Assembly (NCBI GenBank): GCA_038231075.1
Contig: JBBRMA010000020.1
Coordinates: 4,964 to 68,963, forward strand
DNA length: 64,000 bases
Source: Myxococcales bacterium
GTDB taxonomy: Bacteria; Myxococcota; Myxococcia; Myxococcales; 40CM-4-68-19
Reading direction: 5' to 3'
Numbering within the stretch: the stretch's first letter is position 1; each line of letters opens with the position of its first letter. The notes below the pieces were generated by a model. It saw only the letters and a list, made by a program, of their open reading frames with translations, ran no database searches and had not been told where the DNA came from. Positions 28,871 through 39,816 of the stretch are shown here, in pieces. Both the position numbers and the translations under genes were made by a program.

Positions 28871-31410
28871 CAGCTCTTGATCCCGCGAAACTCGAGCAAA
28901 GGCAGATCGTCGGCGCGGCTCTCGCGCAGATCGACCACGCACTCCAAGACCCAGCCCTCTTCGCCGGTCGAGTCCACCAGCTTCTGCGCGGCCTCCCAGA
29001 CGCGCGGCTCGAGCACTCTCAGGACGGTCTTGTCGGGCCGGCGCGCGCGCGGGGTGAGGTCGATGGACGGGTGCTCGGCGAAATAAGGAGCGATGGCTTC
29101 TTCCAGCGCCGCCGGCGTCGCGGGCGGGTAGAGATAGGTTGACGCCTCTTCGAATTGCTTCTTGGCGAGCGCAATCAACAACCGATGCAGCTCGGCGCGC
29201 ACGCGAGCCGCAAAGGCGCGAGGGTCGGCCGCCGGGTCCTTGGGCTTGACCGGCTGCGGAGGCGCTTCCGCGGCGGCCGCGATGAGCGTCGCGGGAGCAG
29301 GTGCTTCCAGGCGGCGCTCCCACTCGTCGAGGAGGCTGGAGTCGACCCCGCGCACCAGCTGCCGCAAGAAAGCGATGACGTCGTCGAGCTCCTCGGTGCG
29401 CGCGACCTCGGGCACGTTCTGCACCAGCGTCCGATAGACGTCGGTCAGGTAGCGCAAGAGCACGCCTTCGCTCCGCTGCAAGCCATAGTCGCGGACATAC
29501 TCATTGAAGGTCGCGGCCGTCTCTACCATCTCCCTGGCGACTGATTTGGGCCGGATATTGTCGCCCGACGCCCAGGGGTGCCGCGCGGCGAAGTCATTGA
29601 ACGTGGCATAGATGAAGTCCGCGTGCGGCTTGGGATAGGTGACGTTCTCCAATTCCTTCATCCGATCGGAGTAATCCATCCCCTGCGCCTTCAGCTCAGC
29701 GACCTTCTCTCCTTTGGCGCGATCGATCTGCGCATAGAGGACGGGCATCGGGTTCTCGAGGATGGCCTCGACCAGCGAGAGCACGTCGAGCGCATAGGTC
29801 TCGTTCTCGCGCGGCACCTTGGGCACCGTCTCGAGCAGCCAGAGCGAGAGCGTGTGGTGGAGCGAGAAGTCCTTCTGCAGCTCCGTGCTCACCTGCACGC
29901 GCCGCCCGCGCTTGTTGGCTTGCTTGACCAGCTCGAGCAGCCCCGCGGCCCGCAAGCGCCTGAACGCCTGGGCCGAGCTGCGCTTGAGTCGCCCTTTGAT
30001 GACCTCGCGGGTGTGCGAGCGCGCAATCAGCGTCATCAATTTGCGATATCCGCCGCCGCCGGCTGAGTTGTCGCTTTGTAATAGATTCAAGAGCAGGCCG
30101 TGGGTGACGTCGAACCGCGATTCGAGAGGCTCGGGCTTCTGCGTGCGCAAGCGCTCGAACGTCGCCCGGTCCCAATGGGCATAGCCCTTCTGCGGCGGCT
30201 TGTGCTTGACGACCTTCTTCCCCGCGGCCGCTTTTTTCTCCAGCTTGAGGTTCTCGATCACGTGCTCGGGGGCCTGCGCCACCACGCTGCCCCGGTCGTC
30301 GAACCCCTTGCGTCCCGCGCGCCCGCTCACCTGCAGGAAGTCGCGCACGGTGAGGACGCCGGTCTTCTCGCCGTCAAACTTGCACATCTGCGAGAAGAGC
30401 ACCGTGCGGATGGGGATATTGACACCGACCCCTAGAGTATCGGTGCCGCTGACGACCTTGAGCAGCCCCTGCTGCGCCAGCTTCTCGACCAGCAGCCGAT
30501 ACTTGGGCAAGAGCCCCGCGTGGTGCAGCCCGATGCCGTGGCGCAGGAAGCGCTGCATCTCCTTGCCGAAGGGCGTGTCCATCTTCACGCCGTGCAGCTC
30601 TTTGGCGATCGCCTCCTTCTGCTCCTTGGAGGTGAAGTTCGCGCTCATCAGATTCTGCGCCTGCTCGGCCGCCGAGCGCTGCGAGAAGTTGACCAGGTAG
30701 ACCGGCGCCTTGTTCTTCTCCACCAGCTCTTCAATCGTCTCGTGCAGCGGCGTCTCGCGATACTCGAAGTCGAGCGGCACGGGCCGGTCGCTGCTCTGCA
30801 CCAGCGCCACCTCGCGGTGGGTCAGCTTCTGCAGGCTCTCGATGATCGGCGTCATCTCGCCGAGGGTCGCCGACATCAAGAGGAACGTGCTCTTGTCGAG
30901 CAGCAGGAGCGGGATCTGCCAGGCGATGCCGCGCTCCTTGTCGGCATAGTAGTGGAACTCATCCATGACGATATAGTCGGCCTTGAGTTGCCCCTCGCGC
31001 AGCGCCAGGTTCGAGAGGATCTCGGCCGTGCAGCAGAGGATTGGCGCCTCGCGGTTGATCGACGCGTCGCCGGTGATCATGCCGACGTTCTCGGCGCCGA
31101 ACGCGTCGCAGAGGGCGAAGAACTTCTCGTTGACCAGGGCCTTGATGGGGCAGGTGTAGAACGACACCTTGCCTTCGGCCATGGCCTTGAAATGCAGCGC
31201 CGTGGCGACCAACGACTTGCCCGACCCCGTGGGCGTCGCCAGGATGACGTGCTTGCCGGAGACGATCTCGAGGATGGCCTCTTCCTGCGCCGGATAGAGC
31301 TCGAGCCCGCGGGACGCGGCCCAGGTGACGAAGCGCGAGAGGATCTCGTCGTCGGCGAGCGCCGGCTCGCCTTTCTTGGGGAGCAGCGCCAACAAAGAAG
31401 GAGTGGCCAC
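28870..31410 (-). CDS. Ski2/HelY-like DEAD/DEAH-box helicase with DUF3516-type C-terminus
   Basis: PTGSGKS, PIKAL, DEFH, SAT, GTDTLGVGVN, GRAGRKG. Confidence 0.92.
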   Translation of the reverse strand: MATPSLLALLPKKGEPALADDEILSRFVTWAASRGLELYPAQEEAILEIVSGKHVILATPTGSGKSLVATALHFKAMAEGKVSFYTCPIKALVNEKFFALCDAFGAENVGMITGDASINREAPILCCTAEILSNLALREGQLKADYIVMDEFHYYADKERGIAWQIPLLLLDKSTFLLMSATLGEMTPIIESLQKLTHREVALVQSSDRPVPLDFEYRETPLHETIEELVEKNKAPVYLVNFSQRSAAEQAQNLMSANFTSKEQKEAIAKELHGVKMDTPFGKEMQRFLRHGIGLHHAGLLPKYRLLVEKLAQQGLLKVVSGTDTLGVGVNIPIRTVLFSQMCKFDGEKTGVLTVRDFLQVSGRAGRKGFDDRGSVVAQAPEHVIENLKLEKKAAAGKKVVKHKPPQKGYAHWDRATFERLRTQKPEPLESRFDVTHGLLLNLLQSDNSAGGGGYRKLMTLIARSHTREVIKGRLKRSSAQAFRRLRAAGLLELVKQANKRGRRVQVSTELQKDFSLHHTLSLWLLETVPKVPRENETYALDVLSLVEAILENPMPVLYAQIDRAKGEKVAELKAQGMDYSDRMKELENVTYPKPHADFIYATFNDFAARHPWASGDNIRPKSVAREMVETAATFNEYVRDYGLQRSEGVLLRYLTDVYRTLVQNVPEVARTEELDDVIAFLRQLVRGVDSSLLDEWERRLEAPAPATLIAAAAEAPPQPVKPKDPAADPRAFAARVRAELHRLLIALAKKQFEEASTYLYPPATPAALEEAIAPYFAEHPSIDLTPRARRPDKTVLRVLEPRVWEAAQKLVDSTGEEGWVLECVVDLRESRADDLPLLEFRGIKS

Positions 31411-31457
31411 GCGGCAGTGTTAGCACAGGGAAGAACGACCAAGAGTAGGATGCCCTC

Positions 31458-31748
31458 ATGCCGACCGTATCGCTCGATGCCGCAGGTCTCACCGCTCTCC
31501 GCACCGAATCGCTCCGCCGCGTCCCCCTCTGCACCCGCCAGGCCACCTCACACCGGCCGGGCTGGCGCCTTGATCTCGCCTGCACGCAGGGGCAGGGTGC
31601 CATCGTCATCGCCGAGGTCTCTCCTTCGGAGACCTGGCTCCGCGGCGAAGGAATCCTCCTCGGCTGGCCGCAAGAGAAGCTGGCAGAGCTCCACGCGGCG
31701 CTCACGGCGGGCGAGGCCGAGGGCAACGTCGGCCCCCAGCTCGGGTGA
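31458..31748 (+). CDS. Hypothetical protein (96 aa)
   Basis: ATG after AGGA, divergent from the helicase; WLRGEGILLGW motif. Confidence 0.6.
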   Translation: MPTVSLDAAGLTALRTESLRRVPLCTRQATSHRPGWRLDLACTQGQGAIVIAEVSPSETWLRGEGILLGWPQEKLAELHAALTAGEAEGNVGPQLG

Positions 31749-31954
31749 TTCTTTCGCACCTCCACCGCACCCACGGATCGCTGGGCGTTCAAGCAGGGCA
31801 CGGCTCGCCGCGCCTGCAAGGTGCCGTTCATAGGCCGGTCGGCGCGCAGAGGGTCGGGGACGCTCTTGGCTCCCGGCCACCGGGATCCTCGGGCGCAGAG
31901 TGCCGGGTGGCGCCGATGCGTCCACGACCCTCTGCGCGCCGAACGGCCGATACT

Positions 31955-32743
31955 CTAGACGCCCGCTATACCAGGCTCGAGCCGAACGAAGCCTTGCTCG
32001 AGCGCCCAGAGATCCATTGCCACAGACCTCAACTCATCGACCTCGGCGATCGGTCGCGCGTCAATCGTCAAGTCGATTGATTTGAGATAGCGCCGGCAGC
32101 TCTCGCAGGCCTCGATGCGCGCCTCGGGATAGGTCTCGCTCTTGTATTGCGGCAGCTTGGCGGGGTCCTGCTCGCCGCAGCCGGGGCAGCGAATGCGTGG
32201 ATAGGGCTTCTCCGAGCCGCAGAGCGCGCAGCAGAGGAAGCGCGCAGCGCCATCGGCGCCCTCGGTCTCCACTGAAGTGCGGCGCACCGCGACCCAAGGC
32301 GGGCCGCCGCAGAAGCCGCAGCCCGGCCCGCGCGATTTGTCGGGAGTCAAGGAGAGCTCGCGCAGCGTCTCGGTATAAGGGCGGAGCAGGGCGCGCGAGA
32401 GGTAATCCGCCGAGTCGCCGCTCCAGAGCGCAAAGAGCGGCGGAAGCAATGAGTCCTTGCTCTGCCCGCGCGCCCGCGCATCGGCGGCCAGCTCGGGCGG
32501 AGCGCTCTTCTCGATGGCGCGGAGCAACTCGAGGAAGGGCTTGTGCAAGCGATCGACGTCGTCGGCGAGCTTGCCCGTCAGGGGCAGCGTGGCCAGCGAC
32601 TTCGCGCACGCGGCCTGGGCGCGCAAGAGCGACGCCGCGAAGAGCAGCGGCGCCTGGGCGGCGCGCGACGCGGGCGCGAGCAGCTCAGCTCGCTCGGCCC
32701 GCGCCTCGAATGCAGAGAACAGCGACTCAGCTGCGCTTGTCAC
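31955..32743 (-). CDS. fdhE: Formate dehydrogenase accessory protein FdhE
   Basis: Four CxxC pairs (CGFC, CALC, CPGC, CESC), RYLK, position at the end of the fdn operon. Confidence 0.88.
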   Translation of the reverse strand: MTSAAESLFSAFEARAERAELLAPASRAAQAPLLFAASLLRAQAACAKSLATLPLTGKLADDVDRLHKPFLELLRAIEKSAPPELAADARARGQSKDSLLPPLFALWSGDSADYLSRALLRPYTETLRELSLTPDKSRGPGCGFCGGPPWVAVRRTSVETEGADGAARFLCCALCGSEKPYPRIRCPGCGEQDPAKLPQYKSETYPEARIEACESCRRYLKSIDLTIDARPIAEVDELRSVAMDLWALEQGFVRLEPGIAGV

Positions 32744-33428
32744 CAGTGACGTCCCGATACCACTTCGGGTGGTGCAGCCTGGCCCAGGCGCGGGTCACTG
32801 TGCCGCGCATCATCGACCCGAACGTCCCAGGGAAGGCGGCGGTCCCGAGATAGACGTGGCCAATGATGGAGACGACAAAGAGCAGGAAAGCGATGTCGTG
32901 CAGCGGGATGGACGGCTCGCGAACGGCCTGCGGGAAGAAGCTTGGCCACCAAAGGACGAACCCGGTGGCGAAGAGCAGCACCGCGTCGATCACGACCACA
33001 TAAAAGAATAGCTTCTGCCCGCCGTTGTACTTGCCGGTCTGCTGGTCGGTCTCCGGATAGTTCAGATACTTGATGATGGCGGTGGGGCTGAGCCACTTCT
33101 TGTCCACCTCCGCCAGCTTCATCGACGCGAGCCAATGAATCAGCATCCAGAGCATTCCGACGAAGAAGGCCGCGCCCGACCACGGGTGCAGCCAGCGGCA
33201 GACGTGCAGCCCGCCGACCAGGAACGCCATCCAGGAAAAGATCGGCGTCCAGATTGGCATGCCCGTGATCAGCGTCAGCATGAACGCCAGCGCCACCGTC
33301 CAGTGCATCACGCGCGAGGAGAGCCGGTGGCGGACGATCTCATTGCCGACCGCCACGTCTTCTTGGGTTCGCGCGGCGATCACCGCAGGGTCGCCGGCGG
33401 AGACCGCGTGAGGAGCAATCTCGCTCAT
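32727..33428 (-). CDS. fdnI: Formate dehydrogenase cytochrome b (gamma) subunit
   Basis: RVMHW, WLHPW, GKYNGGQK, LHD...GHVY, WARLHHPKWY. Confidence 0.92.
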   Translation of the reverse strand: MSEIAPHAVSAGDPAVIAARTQEDVAVGNEIVRHRLSSRVMHWTVALAFMLTLITGMPIWTPIFSWMAFLVGGLHVCRWLHPWSGAAFFVGMLWMLIHWLASMKLAEVDKKWLSPTAIIKYLNYPETDQQTGKYNGGQKLFFYVVVIDAVLLFATGFVLWWPSFFPQAVREPSIPLHDIAFLLFVVSIIGHVYLGTAAFPGTFGSMMRGTVTRAWARLHHPKWYRDVTGDKRS

Positions 33429-34324
33429 GGCCGGGTCTCCTTGGTGGTGCCGCTCTGGTCGGCGCCGCCGGGCGGGGGCTCGTGCGGCTCCTTCGGTCCC
33501 GAGCGCAGGTAGTGGCCGAACATTCCGGCCACGGCGCCGAAGATGGCGATCAAGCCCAGCGGCTTCAAGATTGATTTGGCGAAGCGGACACCCAAGGGAA
33601 TGTGCGGGTCCTTGGGCAGGCCGTACCACTCCGGGTGGTCGCCGTGGGCGAGCACGGTGACCACGGTGGTGCCACCGACGCCCTTCGGGTCATAGACCGC
33701 CGCGTTGGTGAACCCATTGGCGCGCAATTGCAGGAGGCGCGTGTCCGCCAACTCAAGCATCGCCTCCTTGGTTCCAAAGTGCAGGCAGCCAGTGGGGCAC
33801 GACTTGACGCACGCGGGCTCCAGGCCCACCTCGACGCGATCGACGCAGAGCGAGCACTTCGACATCTTCGCCGTCTTCTCGTGGAAGCGCGGCACGTCGA
33901 AGGGACAGCCCGTCTGGCACATCCCGCAGCCGATGCATTTGTCGGGATTGACGTCGACGATTCCATTTGCGTACTGGACGATGGCGCCGGGCGCGGGGCA
34001 GGCCTTCAGGCAGCCCGGGTCCGCGCAGTGCATGCACTGGTCCTTGCGCATCAGCCAGGCCAGTGAGTCGCCGAGGTCGTGCTCGCTGAACTTGATCAAG
34101 TTCCAATACTCAGCGTGCAGCGTGGGCATCGTCTGGTAGGTGCCGGTCTGCTCGGTCTTGACGACCTTCAGGTCATTCCATTCCTGGCAGGCCACTTCGC
34201 AGGCCTTGCACCCGATGCAGGTGGTGGTATCGATATATTTCGATACCACCGGCAATTTGCGAATCAGCGAGTCTTCGCCGCGGAGCGAGGCCGACGAGCG
34301 GCGGATCTGCATGGACGCTGCCAT
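33425..34324 (-). CDS. fdnH: Formate dehydrogenase Fe-S (beta) subunit
   Basis: CIGCKACEVAC, CMHCADPGC, CIGCGMCQTGCP, KCSLC; C-terminal TM. Confidence 0.95.
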   Translation of the reverse strand: MAASMQIRRSSASLRGEDSLIRKLPVVSKYIDTTTCIGCKACEVACQEWNDLKVVKTEQTGTYQTMPTLHAEYWNLIKFSEHDLGDSLAWLMRKDQCMHCADPGCLKACPAPGAIVQYANGIVDVNPDKCIGCGMCQTGCPFDVPRFHEKTAKMSKCSLCVDRVEVGLEPACVKSCPTGCLHFGTKEAMLELADTRLLQLRANGFTNAAVYDPKGVGGTTVVTVLAHGDHPEWYGLPKDPHIPLGVRFAKSILKPLGLIAIFGAVAGMFGHYLRSGPKEPHEPPPGGADQSGTTKETRP

Positions 34325-37300
34325 CAGGCCTTCTCCAGCTTGACGAGGAACGTCTTGTACTCAGGGGTCCAGGTGTTCGGATCCATCGCCGAGGGCGTGA
34401 GGAAGTTGGCGAGCGGCCCAACGTGCTGTGGATCGCCGGAATAACCCCAGTGCAGCGGGAAGCCGATGTGCCACACCGTCTTTCCATCGACCGTCAATTG
34501 CCGCAGCCGCTTGGTCACCATGGCCGTGCCTTCGATCGACCCGCGCGCCGAGGTGATGCGCGCGCGCTGGCCATTGGCGATGCCTTTCTCCTTGGCGAGC
34601 TGCTCGGGGATCTCGATGAAGAACCCCGGCTGCAGTTGATTGAGCACGTTCGTGTGGTGGGTCCAATAGTGATAGTGCTCGGTCAATCGATAGGTCGTGC
34701 ACACTACCGGGAAGTCTTCCTTCTTCCCGTACACGTCCTTGTCGGACTTGAACCGCTTGGCGGCCGGGTTCGACGTCACCTTCGGGTGCAGCGGGTTGTC
34801 GATGGCCGCTTCAATCGCCTCGTAGTGCTCGGACATGGGGCCGTCGTTGAGCGAGGGCGCGAAGAGCCGGCCCACCCCTTCGGCGTTCATGATGAAGGCC
34901 CCGAATTGGCCGGGCGGCGAGTCGGGCTTGATGTCGGGCACGTCGCCGACCCACTTGGCGCCGTTCCAGACGATACCGGGCCGCGTCGGGTCCCACGCCT
35001 TTCCGTTGATATCGGCCGAGGCGCGGTTGTACATGACGCGCCGGTTGGCGGGCCAGGAGAAGCCCCACTTGGGGAACATGCCGAGGCCGGTCGGATCCTC
35101 GTTGCTCCGCCGCTTGGCGAGGTTGCCCGCGTCGGTATAGACGCCGAGGTGGAGCCAGTTGCCGCACGAGGTGCTGCCGTCGTCCTGCAGCTGGCCAAAG
35201 TTCTCGAGCTGCTGGCCGGCGGTGCGGATGTTCTTGCTCGGGTCCTTCGGGTCCTTGATGTCGGTGACGGCCTTGCCGTTGATCTCCTTGAGCACCTCTT
35301 CCAAGTCAGGCGCCGCCGGGTTGGTGTAATCCCAAGCGACGTTCAGCACCTGCTCGGGCAGCGCGCCGCCTTCCTTGCGATAGAGCTCGCGCACGGCGAG
35401 GAAGATGCGCGCCAGGATCTCTTGATCGGTCTTCGAGTTCCCCGGCGGATCGATGGCCTTCCATTTCCATTGCAGCCAGCGCGCGGAGTTCGTGAAGGTG
35501 CCGTCCTTCTCGGCGAAGCCCGAGCAGGGAAGCTGGAACACCTCGGTCTGGATCTTGGACGCCTCGGGCCCGCCGTACTCTTTCGGGGCCTTCCAGAAAG
35601 TCGCGGTCTCGATCTCGTAGTTCTCGCCCACCACCAGCCACTTCAGCTTGGAGAGGGCGTTGATCATCTTCGAGGTGTTGGGGCCGATGCCGACCGGGTT
35701 CATGCCAAAGGTGATGAACCCTTCGGGCCCCGGCTCCTGGCCGCCGGCGCGGTTTGGATTCGAGCCGCGGTACATATCGTCAAAGAGATACATCCAGGAA
35801 TAGTTGCCGTCGGTCTTCGGCAGCCAGCTATAGCCCCAGTCGTTCTCCTTGGTGGCCGCTTTTCCGTAGGCCGCCTTGAGGAGCGAGACCATGAACTTTG
35901 GATAGTTGGACCAATAGTTCATCGACGACCACGCCTGCTTGTTCAGCGTGGTGGGCGCGGCCTTGTCGAGGTACTCCGCGAGCGTCGCCTGGTTGCTGAC
36001 CGGCGTCTTCAGGTAGCCCGGCAGGATCTCGAACGTCCCGGCCATGTCGGTGGCGCCCTGGATGTTCGAGTGCCCGCGCAGCGCGTTCACGCCGCCGCCC
36101 GGCCGACCGACGTTGCCGAGCAGGAGCTGCATGGTGGCCGCGGCGCGGATGATCTGGACGCCGATGGAGTGCTGCGTCCAGCCGAGCGCGTACATGATGG
36201 TGCCGACGCGCGCCGCGTTGCCCGTCGAGGTGACGATGTCGGCGACCTTGAGGAAGTCCTTCTGCGGAGTGCCGCAGATGCGCTCGACCATCTCGGGCGT
36301 GTAGCGATCCAGGTGCTTCTTCAAGAGCTGGAAGACGCAGCGCGGGTGGTTGAGCTCCATATCAACCAGATAGGCGTTGGTCTTTGGATCGGCCTCGTAG
36401 GCCCAGGTGCTCTTGTCGTATTCGCCCTTGGCGGCGTCGAACCCGGAGAAGAGGCCGTCCTCGAAGCTGAACTTCTCCGAGATGACATATGGAGCGTTGG
36501 TGTGGATCTTGATGTAGTCCTCGTGGAAGCGGCCCGTCGCCAGCGCGTGGCGCATGATGCCGTTCAAGAAGGCGATGTCGGTGCCCGGCCGGATGGGCGC
36601 ATAGACGTCGGCGACGGCGGCCGTGCGGGTGAAGCGCGGATCGACCACCACCAGCTTGGCGTTGCGCACCTTCTTCGCTTCAATGGCCCACTTGAAACCG
36701 CACGGATGGTTCTCGGCGGGGTTTGCGCCCATCGCCAGGACCACGTCCGCGTTCTTGATGTCGACCCAGCCGTTGGTCATCGCCCCGCGGCCGAAAGTGG
36801 CGGCCAAACTGGCCACCGTAGGACCGTGTCAAACTCTTGCTTGGGAGTCTCGGTAAGGCACTCCTAGCGCCGTGATGAACTTCCATTGGAGGAAGTTGAA
36901 CTCATTGGTGTCGGTGCAGCCGCCGATCATGCCGAGGCCGGGCGTGCGGTTGACCGTCTGCCCCTTGGCGTTCTTGGCCACGAAGGTGCGGTCGCGCGTG
37001 TCCTTGATGTGGCGCGCGATCTTCTGCACGGCGTCGTCCCAGGTGATGTCTTCCCACTTGTCCGAGCCGGGGCGCCTGATCTTCGGCGTCTGCAGGCGAC
37101 TCGGGTTGTTGATGTCGTCGCGCAGCGTCGCGCCCTTGGGGCAGAGCGTGCCGCGGTTGATCGGGTGGTCCGGGTCGCCCTCGACGTGCACCACCGCCTT
37201 GACGACGTTCTTGGCCCCGTCGCCGATGGTGTGGATGATCACGCCGCACGAGACGGCGCAATAGGGACAGGTCGATCGCGTCTCGGTGGTGCGCGCGATC

Positions 37301-37404
37301 TTCAGCTCGCGGATCTCCGCGCGGGCCTTCGACAGGTCGAACCCGAGCGCTGCTGCGCCAGAGGCGGCGGAGGCCAACTTCAGGAAGGAGCGACGATGCA
37401 TCAT
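34324..37404 (-). CDS. fdnG: Formate dehydrogenase-N/O alpha subunit, selenocysteine-containing, Tat-exported
   Basis: Tat motif RRSFLK; CPYCAVSC; SQARV-U-HGPTVASLA across the in-frame TGA at 36829-36831; LRGHSNIQG. Confidence 0.95.
36796..36831 (-). promoter_or_regulatory. Sec UGA codon and bacterial SECIS hairpin
   Basis: UGA CACGGUCCUAC GGUGGCCA-GUU-UGGCCGCC: stem begins about 11 nt after the UGA, with G/U in the apical loop, as in E. coli fdnG. Confidence 0.85.
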
Positions 37405-37516
37405 TCGCCTCCGACTGTTGTCTAGCGAGGGCGACGCTGCCCCTGATGGCCCCTTGCTGTCAAGCGCGCCGCACTTGAGTTCATTATCGAAACACTATTT
37501 GCAAACTTGCCACGCG

Positions 37517-39262
37517 TTATCGCAGCACGTCATGCTCCGCCTTGCCGACCTCGAGCACGTGGCGCGCCACTGCCTTCAGCTCCTCGTCGTTGTTGCGCGC
37601 AGCCGCGCGCAGGTTGGTCCGGATGCGACGGTACGCCTCGGAGCAGAAGGCGAAGGTGAGGTTGAGCTCGTGCTCGCACTTCTCGAGCCCGCGCTTGCCG
37701 ATCAGCGAAGTGGTGCGTGAGATGGTCGCGCACATCGCGTAGAGATCGATGGCGATGTCGGCCATGCGACGCGTCACCAATTGCTGGCCAATCAAGTCTT
37801 TGCCATAGCGCCGCAGGATGTTCTCGCAGAGCCCGGCCAGCTCCTGCACGGCGTCCTCCACCCAGCTCACCTGCTGCTTCATCGAAGGATGCGCCTTGGT
37901 GATCTGCGCGCGGTCATAGGGCAGGTTCTGGCGCGCTTTGCGCTCGGCATACTCACGGAGCAACCCAAAGCCCTTGATCGGGTCACTCAAGGTGCGGCTC
38001 AGCTCCTTGCCCAATCCTTTGAGATACTCACCCGGCTTCTGCACGCCGGTCAGCCCGACATAGATGCGGAGGATCTCGTTGGTGCCTTCGAAGATGCGGT
38101 TGATTCGCGCGTCGCGCATCATCCGTTCATAGGGCTGCTCGCGCATATAGCCCATGCCGGCGGCGATCTGCAGCGCTTCATCAGAGGCCGTCCAGAGCGC
38201 TTCACTATTGAAGATCTTGGTCGCGGCGCCCTCGAGCGAGTAATCAACCCCGCTCTTGTCAATCGTCGCCGAGACCAGGTAGCAGAGCGACTCGCTCGCA
38301 TAGAGATTGTAGGCCATGCGGCCGAGCTTCTCCTGCACCAGGACGAACTCGCCGATGGGGCGGCCGAACTGCTTGCGCTCGTTGGCGTGCGCAGCCGCCA
38401 GCTTGAGCAGATGCTTCTGCGCTCCGACGGCGCCGGAGCCGAGCCCCGTCCGTCCATGGTTGAGGATGGCCATGGCCACCTTGAAGCCCTTGCCCTCCTC
38501 GCCAATCACGTTCTCCACCGGGACCTTGACGTTATCGAAATAGATCGCGGTGGTGGACGAGGCGCGGATCCCCATCTTGTCTTCGTGCGGCGAGTGGGTC
38601 ACGCCCATGTCGCGCGTCACGGCGAAGGCGGTGATCTTGCCCTTCTTGCCCTCCTCGTCGGGCGAGGTCTTGGCGAAGACGGTGAAGAAGTCGGCGAACT
38701 CGCCGTTCGAGATCCAGAGCTTCTGGCCGTTCAACACATAGTGCGTGCCGTCGGCGCTCTTCTCGGCGCGGGTCTTGATGGAGAAGGCGTCGCTGCCGCT
38801 GCCCGGCTCGGTCAGGCAGAAAGCGGCGATCATCTCGCCGGTGGCCAGCTTTGGCAGGTACTGCGCTTTCTGCTCGGGCGTGCCCGAGAGCAAGAGGCCC
38901 TTGAGCCCGATCGACGAGTGCGCGCCGATGGTCACGGCGATCGAGCCGTCCCAGGCGGCGACCTGCTCCATCACCCGCGCGTAGCCGGTGTTGGTCAGCC
39001 CGAGGCCTCCGTACTCTTGCGGAATGATCAGCCCGAAGAGTCCCATCTCGCGCAGCGACTGCAAGAGCTCGGGCGGGATCTTCGCCTCGCGGTCGAGCTT
39101 CGCGACGTCGATGCCCGCCATGTACTTGTCCACCGCGTCGCAGAGGACCTGGACGGTCTCGCGGGAGTCGGCGTCCATCTCCGGGTACGGAAAGATCTGG
39201 TCTTCGAGGAGCTCGCCGAAGAAGAGGGACTTGCCGAATGAGGCCTGGGGGTCGAAGGGCAT
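37517..39262 (-). CDS. Acyl-CoA dehydrogenase (VLCAD/ACAD9-like)
   Basis: FCLTEPGSGSDA, NGQKLWISNG, KMGIRAS, RKQFG, RIFEGTNEI. Confidence 0.93.
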   Translation of the reverse strand: MPFDPQASFGKSLFFGELLEDQIFPYPEMDADSRETVQVLCDAVDKYMAGIDVAKLDREAKIPPELLQSLREMGLFGLIIPQEYGGLGLTNTGYARVMEQVAAWDGSIAVTIGAHSSIGLKGLLLSGTPEQKAQYLPKLATGEMIAAFCLTEPGSGSDAFSIKTRAEKSADGTHYVLNGQKLWISNGEFADFFTVFAKTSPDEEGKKGKITAFAVTRDMGVTHSPHEDKMGIRASSTTAIYFDNVKVPVENVIGEEGKGFKVAMAILNHGRTGLGSGAVGAQKHLLKLAAAHANERKQFGRPIGEFVLVQEKLGRMAYNLYASESLCYLVSATIDKSGVDYSLEGAATKIFNSEALWTASDEALQIAAGMGYMREQPYERMMRDARINRIFEGTNEILRIYVGLTGVQKPGEYLKGLGKELSRTLSDPIKGFGLLREYAERKARQNLPYDRAQITKAHPSMKQQVSWVEDAVQELAGLCENILRRYGKDLIGQQLVTRRMADIAIDLYAMCATISRTTSLIGKRGLEKCEHELNLTFAFCSEAYRRIRTNLRAAARNNDEELKAVARHVLEVGKAEHDVLR

Positions 39263-39279
39263 GCAGCGAATCTACCGCT

Positions 39280-39816
39280 TTACGGGAGGAGCGCGTCGAG
39301 GATCGCCGAGGGCGTCGTGCGCACGACAAGCCGCGCGCGCGTCTCGGGGCGCAAGAAGCCCTCCTCGACCATCGTGTCGAGCATGCGCAAGAGCGGCTGC
39401 CAGTAGCCCTCGACGTCGAGCGCGCCGTAGGGCTTGGCATGCACGCCGAGATAGTTCCACGTCGCCGTCTCGAAGAGCTCGTCGAGGGTGCCGATGCCGC
39501 CTGGCAGCGCGATGAAGGCGTCCGAGAGCGCGGTCATCTGCGCTTTGCGCTCGTGGAGCGTGTCCACCACGCGCAGCTCGGTGAGCCCGCGGTGCGCGAT
39601 CTCGCGCGTCTCGAGCCCGCGCGGGAGCACGCCGATCACCTGCGCGCCGCTGGCCATTGCAGCGTCGGCCACCGCGCCCATCAGGCCGACCGAGGCGCCG
39701 CCGTAGACCAGCCCAAGCCCGCGCTCGGCGATGGCGGCCCCCAGCGCCTGCGCCGCGATTCGATAAGCCGGCCGCGCGCCGGGCGCGGAGCCGCAAAAGA
39801 CGCAGACTCGCTTCAC
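39280..39816 (-). CDS. LOG family nucleotide phosphoribohydrolase
   Basis: VFCGS, YGG, GLMG, PGGIGTLDE; GTGA overlap with purB. Confidence 0.92.
   Translation of the reverse strand: MKRVCVFCGSAPGARPAYRIAAQALGAAIAERGLGLVYGGASVGLMGAVADAAMASGAQVIGVLPRGLETREIAHRGLTELRVVDTLHERKAQMTALSDAFIALPGGIGTLDELFETATWNYLGVHAKPYGALDVEGYWQPLLRMLDTMVEEGFLRPETRARLVVRTTPSAILDALLP

Noticed and set aside
34324-37404. Split or pseudogenised formate dehydrogenase
   Set aside because: The stop is an in-frame TGA at the conserved Sec position followed by a SECIS hairpin.
37498-37514. Sigma54 promoter upstream of fdnG (TGGCAAGTTTGCA on the minus strand)
   Set aside because: GG-GC spacing is 7 rather than 10; a nearby TTGACA has no convincing -10 box.
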